DNA of 64,000 nt from the human T2T-CHM13v2.0 reference genome, Homo sapiens, in assembly GCF_009914755.1 (NCBI RefSeq), contig NC_060941.1. One strand, 5' to 3'. This document shows, one piece after another, positions 61,406-64,000 of the stretch. The notes under the pieces were generated by a model. It did not search any database and was not told where the DNA came from. It saw only the letters and a list, made by a program, of their open reading frames with translations. Position 1 is the first letter of the stretch. Every line of letters begins with the position of its first letter. The position numbers were made by a program, and so were the translations under genes.

Positions 61406-63127
61406 TGTCACAGGATCTTTGGGGTGTTGCTTTGCCAGCCAGAAACCTCTGTGGCTGACAGAGCCTTCTGCCTGAGTATTGCTCACACCCTTTGGGATCG
61501 TTCTGCCTACTCAGCTCAGCAGGCTGCACTCAGCTCGTGCTACTGGCCCAGATCCCACACCTCCCAAGGGTGAGCCAGGCACAGAACAGTGAGCAGTGTG
61601 TGGACAAGAGAGCATGGGGTCCAGCCACTGCACAACCAGGCACGCTGGCTGCTGCAGCAGGGCAGGCAACTCCAGGCACCAGCACAGGTGCCAGCTGCAT
61701 GTGAGGCTGCGGTTGTACCAAACATATTGCACGCAGCTTCCACTGCAGGCAACCACGTCTGGACAAGGGGAATGCGGTGGCACCTGGAAGCTTGGAGACA
61801 CCAGGAACTGCTGAGCCCAAAGAGGGTGTCACAGCCATAGCTCAGGGAGTCCCTAGGTCTGGGCTCCTCAAAGAACTGCAGCTCTTCTCTCCTTCTCATC
61901 GTCCACAATGTGGCGAGCAGTGGGGCATGTTTCAGCTCTTTCAGTCCCGCCATTCAGCAGGTCCTGAGGTCTTGTCCTGCATCCAGGAAGAATGATGTTC
62001 ATGGACAACTGGAGAGTGAGCAATGCAGAGAGGAGCTTCATTGAGCAACAGAACAGCTCTCAAGAGATCCAAAGTGGGAAGCTCCTTTCCACAAGCAGGT
62101 CATCCCTGCAAGTGTCCAGTTCTCACCAGAGAGGAGACCTGGATTGAGTAGCTCCTATGCACAGGCAGGTTGTCCCGACAAGTGTACAACCCTCAGCAGA
62201 GAGGAGACCTGGAATGGGTAGCTTCTATCTACAGGCAGTTTGTCCCATCAAGTGTGCAGCCCTCAGCAGAGAGGAGACCTGGAGTGGATAGCTCCTATGT
62301 ACAGGCAGGATGTCCCAACAAGTGTGCAACCCTCAGCAGAGAGGAGACCTGGAATGGGTAGCTCCTATCTACAGGCAGGTTGTCCCATCGAGTGTTCAGC
62401 TCTCAGGGGAGAGGAGACATGGAGTGGGTAGCTCCTATCTGCAGGCAGGTTGTCTCATCTCTGTGAGTTTGGCTGAGTCCAGGGTTTTTATGGGCTTCAG
62501 AAGGGAGGACATGCATGCTAATTGGTTCATGGGCAGGCCTGGAAAAAGCACCATAAGTTCTCACTCAGGGCCATGGACTCCACCCAGAACTGACAGCCCA
62601 GCCCCCATGCTTCAGGCCGTTTCTGGCCTGAAGGTGGGGCTTCACTGGGGACCCACTCCTTTCCACCCAGGAGCCTGTCTGCCTCCTGCCACCATCAATC
62701 ATGTCATCCATGGCACCCAGGCTGTTCATGCCGAGAGGCACCTGCAGGCCGAGAGGCACCTGCAGGCCTGCACCAAGCCACCCTCAGCCTACCCTCAGCC
62801 TCCCTCCCATGCTCGTCAGCACCCAAAGTCCAGAGGGGACTGAGGCAGCATGGGGCTGGCGTGTCAACACTGCCCTGAACAGACATACACCTGGCCGGGT
62901 CACAACAGTGCCCAGCTTCAGCCTCAGCTTTGCTCCGAAATCAGAGTGGGCACTGGGAACAGGGAGAGGCCAAGTAGAGCTGGCACTTCTGAGCCTGTGG
63001 GGGTATGGGGATCTTCCCGGGCCCCCAAGAGCACATGGATGCCCAGGTCTGCAGCCATGGCTGGGCAGGGCTCCCACCCTGACAACTCAGGAGGGGGCAG
63101 GGCTCCCGTCTGTTTACAGCTCACCCT
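61406..63127. mobile_element. GC-rich ERV1 LTR, MER52-like
   Basis: Begins tgtcacaggatctttggggtgttgctttgccagccagaaacctctgtggc and has an internal 70-bp tandem array; the right end lacks a clear CA terminus. Confidence 0.75.
62060..62455. repeat. 70-bp tandem repeat, about 5.5 copies, inside the LTR
   Basis: gagaggagacctgg...gctcctat...caggcagg.tgtccc..caagtgt recurs at about 62128, 62198, 62268, 62338 and 62408. Confidence 0.93.
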
Positions 63128-64000
63128 AGACTCTATTTATAGTTTTTTTTAGGAACCTCCAAACTGTTCTCCATATTGATTGCACTAATTTACATTCCCA
63201 CCAACAGCATACAAGTGTTCCCTTTTCTCCACATCCTTCTCAGCATTTGTTAATTGCCTGTCTTTTGGATAAAAGCCATTTTAACTGGGATGAGATGATA
63301 TCTCGTGGTAGTTTTCATTTGAATTTCTGTGATGATCAGTGATCATATACCTGTTTGCCATTTGTGTGTCTTCTTTTGAGAAATGTCTATTCAGATCTTT
63401 TGCCCATTTTTAAATCATATTATTAGATTTTTTCCTATAGAGTTGTTTGAGCTCTTTATATATTCTGGTTATTAATCCCTTGTCAAATGGGTAGTTTGCA
63501 AGTATTTTCTTCCATTCTATGGGTTGTCTCTTCACTTTGTTGTTTCCTTCCTTTGCTGTGCAGAAGCTTTGTAACTTGCTGAGGTCCCATTTGTCCATTT
63601 TTGCTTTGCTTGTCTGTGCTTTTGGGGTATTGCTCCAGAAGTCTCTATCCAGACCAATGTCTTGAAAAGTTTCCCTAATATTTTCTTTTAATAGTTTCAT
63701 AGTTTCCGGTTTTAGATTTAAGTTTGCAATCCATTTTGATTTGATTTTTGTATATGGTGAGAGATAGGGATCTAGTTTCATTCTTCTGCCTATGGATATC
63801 CAGTTTTCCCAGCACCATTTATTGAAGAGACTGTCCTTTCCCCAAAGTATGTTCTTGGAACCTTTTTTAAAAATGAGTTCACTGTAGATGTATGAATTTA
63901 TTTCTAGGCTCTCTATTCTGTTCCACTGGTCTACATGTCTGTTTTTATACCAGTACCATGCCGTTTGGGTCTATAGTATAATTTGAAGTCAGGCAATATG

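Larger units (their letters stand above)
60690..64000 (-). mobile_element. L1MA/L1PB-type 3' portion split by an LTR; continues past the window
   Basis: 3'UTR at 60690-61405 and ORF2 C-terminus at 63128-64000 ([18 protein letters not shown]); the L1 resumes at the same consensus position (ggtag|ctctattt) after the LTR. Confidence 0.9.

Noticed and set aside
62060-62455. Regularly spaced repeats resembling a CRISPR array
   Set aside because: Whole 70-bp units repeat head to tail with no unique spacers, inside a primate LTR, with no cas genes.
61492-63152. Dense overlapping ORFs on both strands
   Set aside because: Expected from stop-poor GC-rich LTR and tandem-repeat sequence; no gag/pol/env similarity.

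Overview
This is primate (most likely human) genomic DNA lying entirely inside the + strand gene TANC2. Five coding exons (14609-14890, 19171-19304, 40312-40543, 51460-51626, 54993-55600) splice in frame with canonical AG/GT sites. They encode the STAND/NACHT-like P-loop NTPase region (Walker A GNIGFGKT, Walker [11 protein letters not shown]). The rest is intron filled with transposable elements: a 5'-intact older L1PA, many L1M/L1P fragments, about 17 Alus, Tigger1, MSTA, MER52-like and MLT1 LTRs, MER1B, MER20, MER63, MIR and L2. A full-length antisense DENR processed pseudogene is inserted inside the Tigger1. The most notable unexplained structure is a 38-bp near-perfect inverted repeat (17393-17430 / 17969-18006) that brackets a candidate in-frame 48-nt proline-rich cassette exon (17507-17554). 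Other leads are an L1 3' transduction bounded by a perfect 17-bp TSD, a candidate poison microexon next to a (UG)n tract, an in-frame-stop upstream acceptor, and a perfect 40-bp template-switch palindrome. Repeat subfamily names and most repeat boundaries come from recalled consensus sequences and are approximate.
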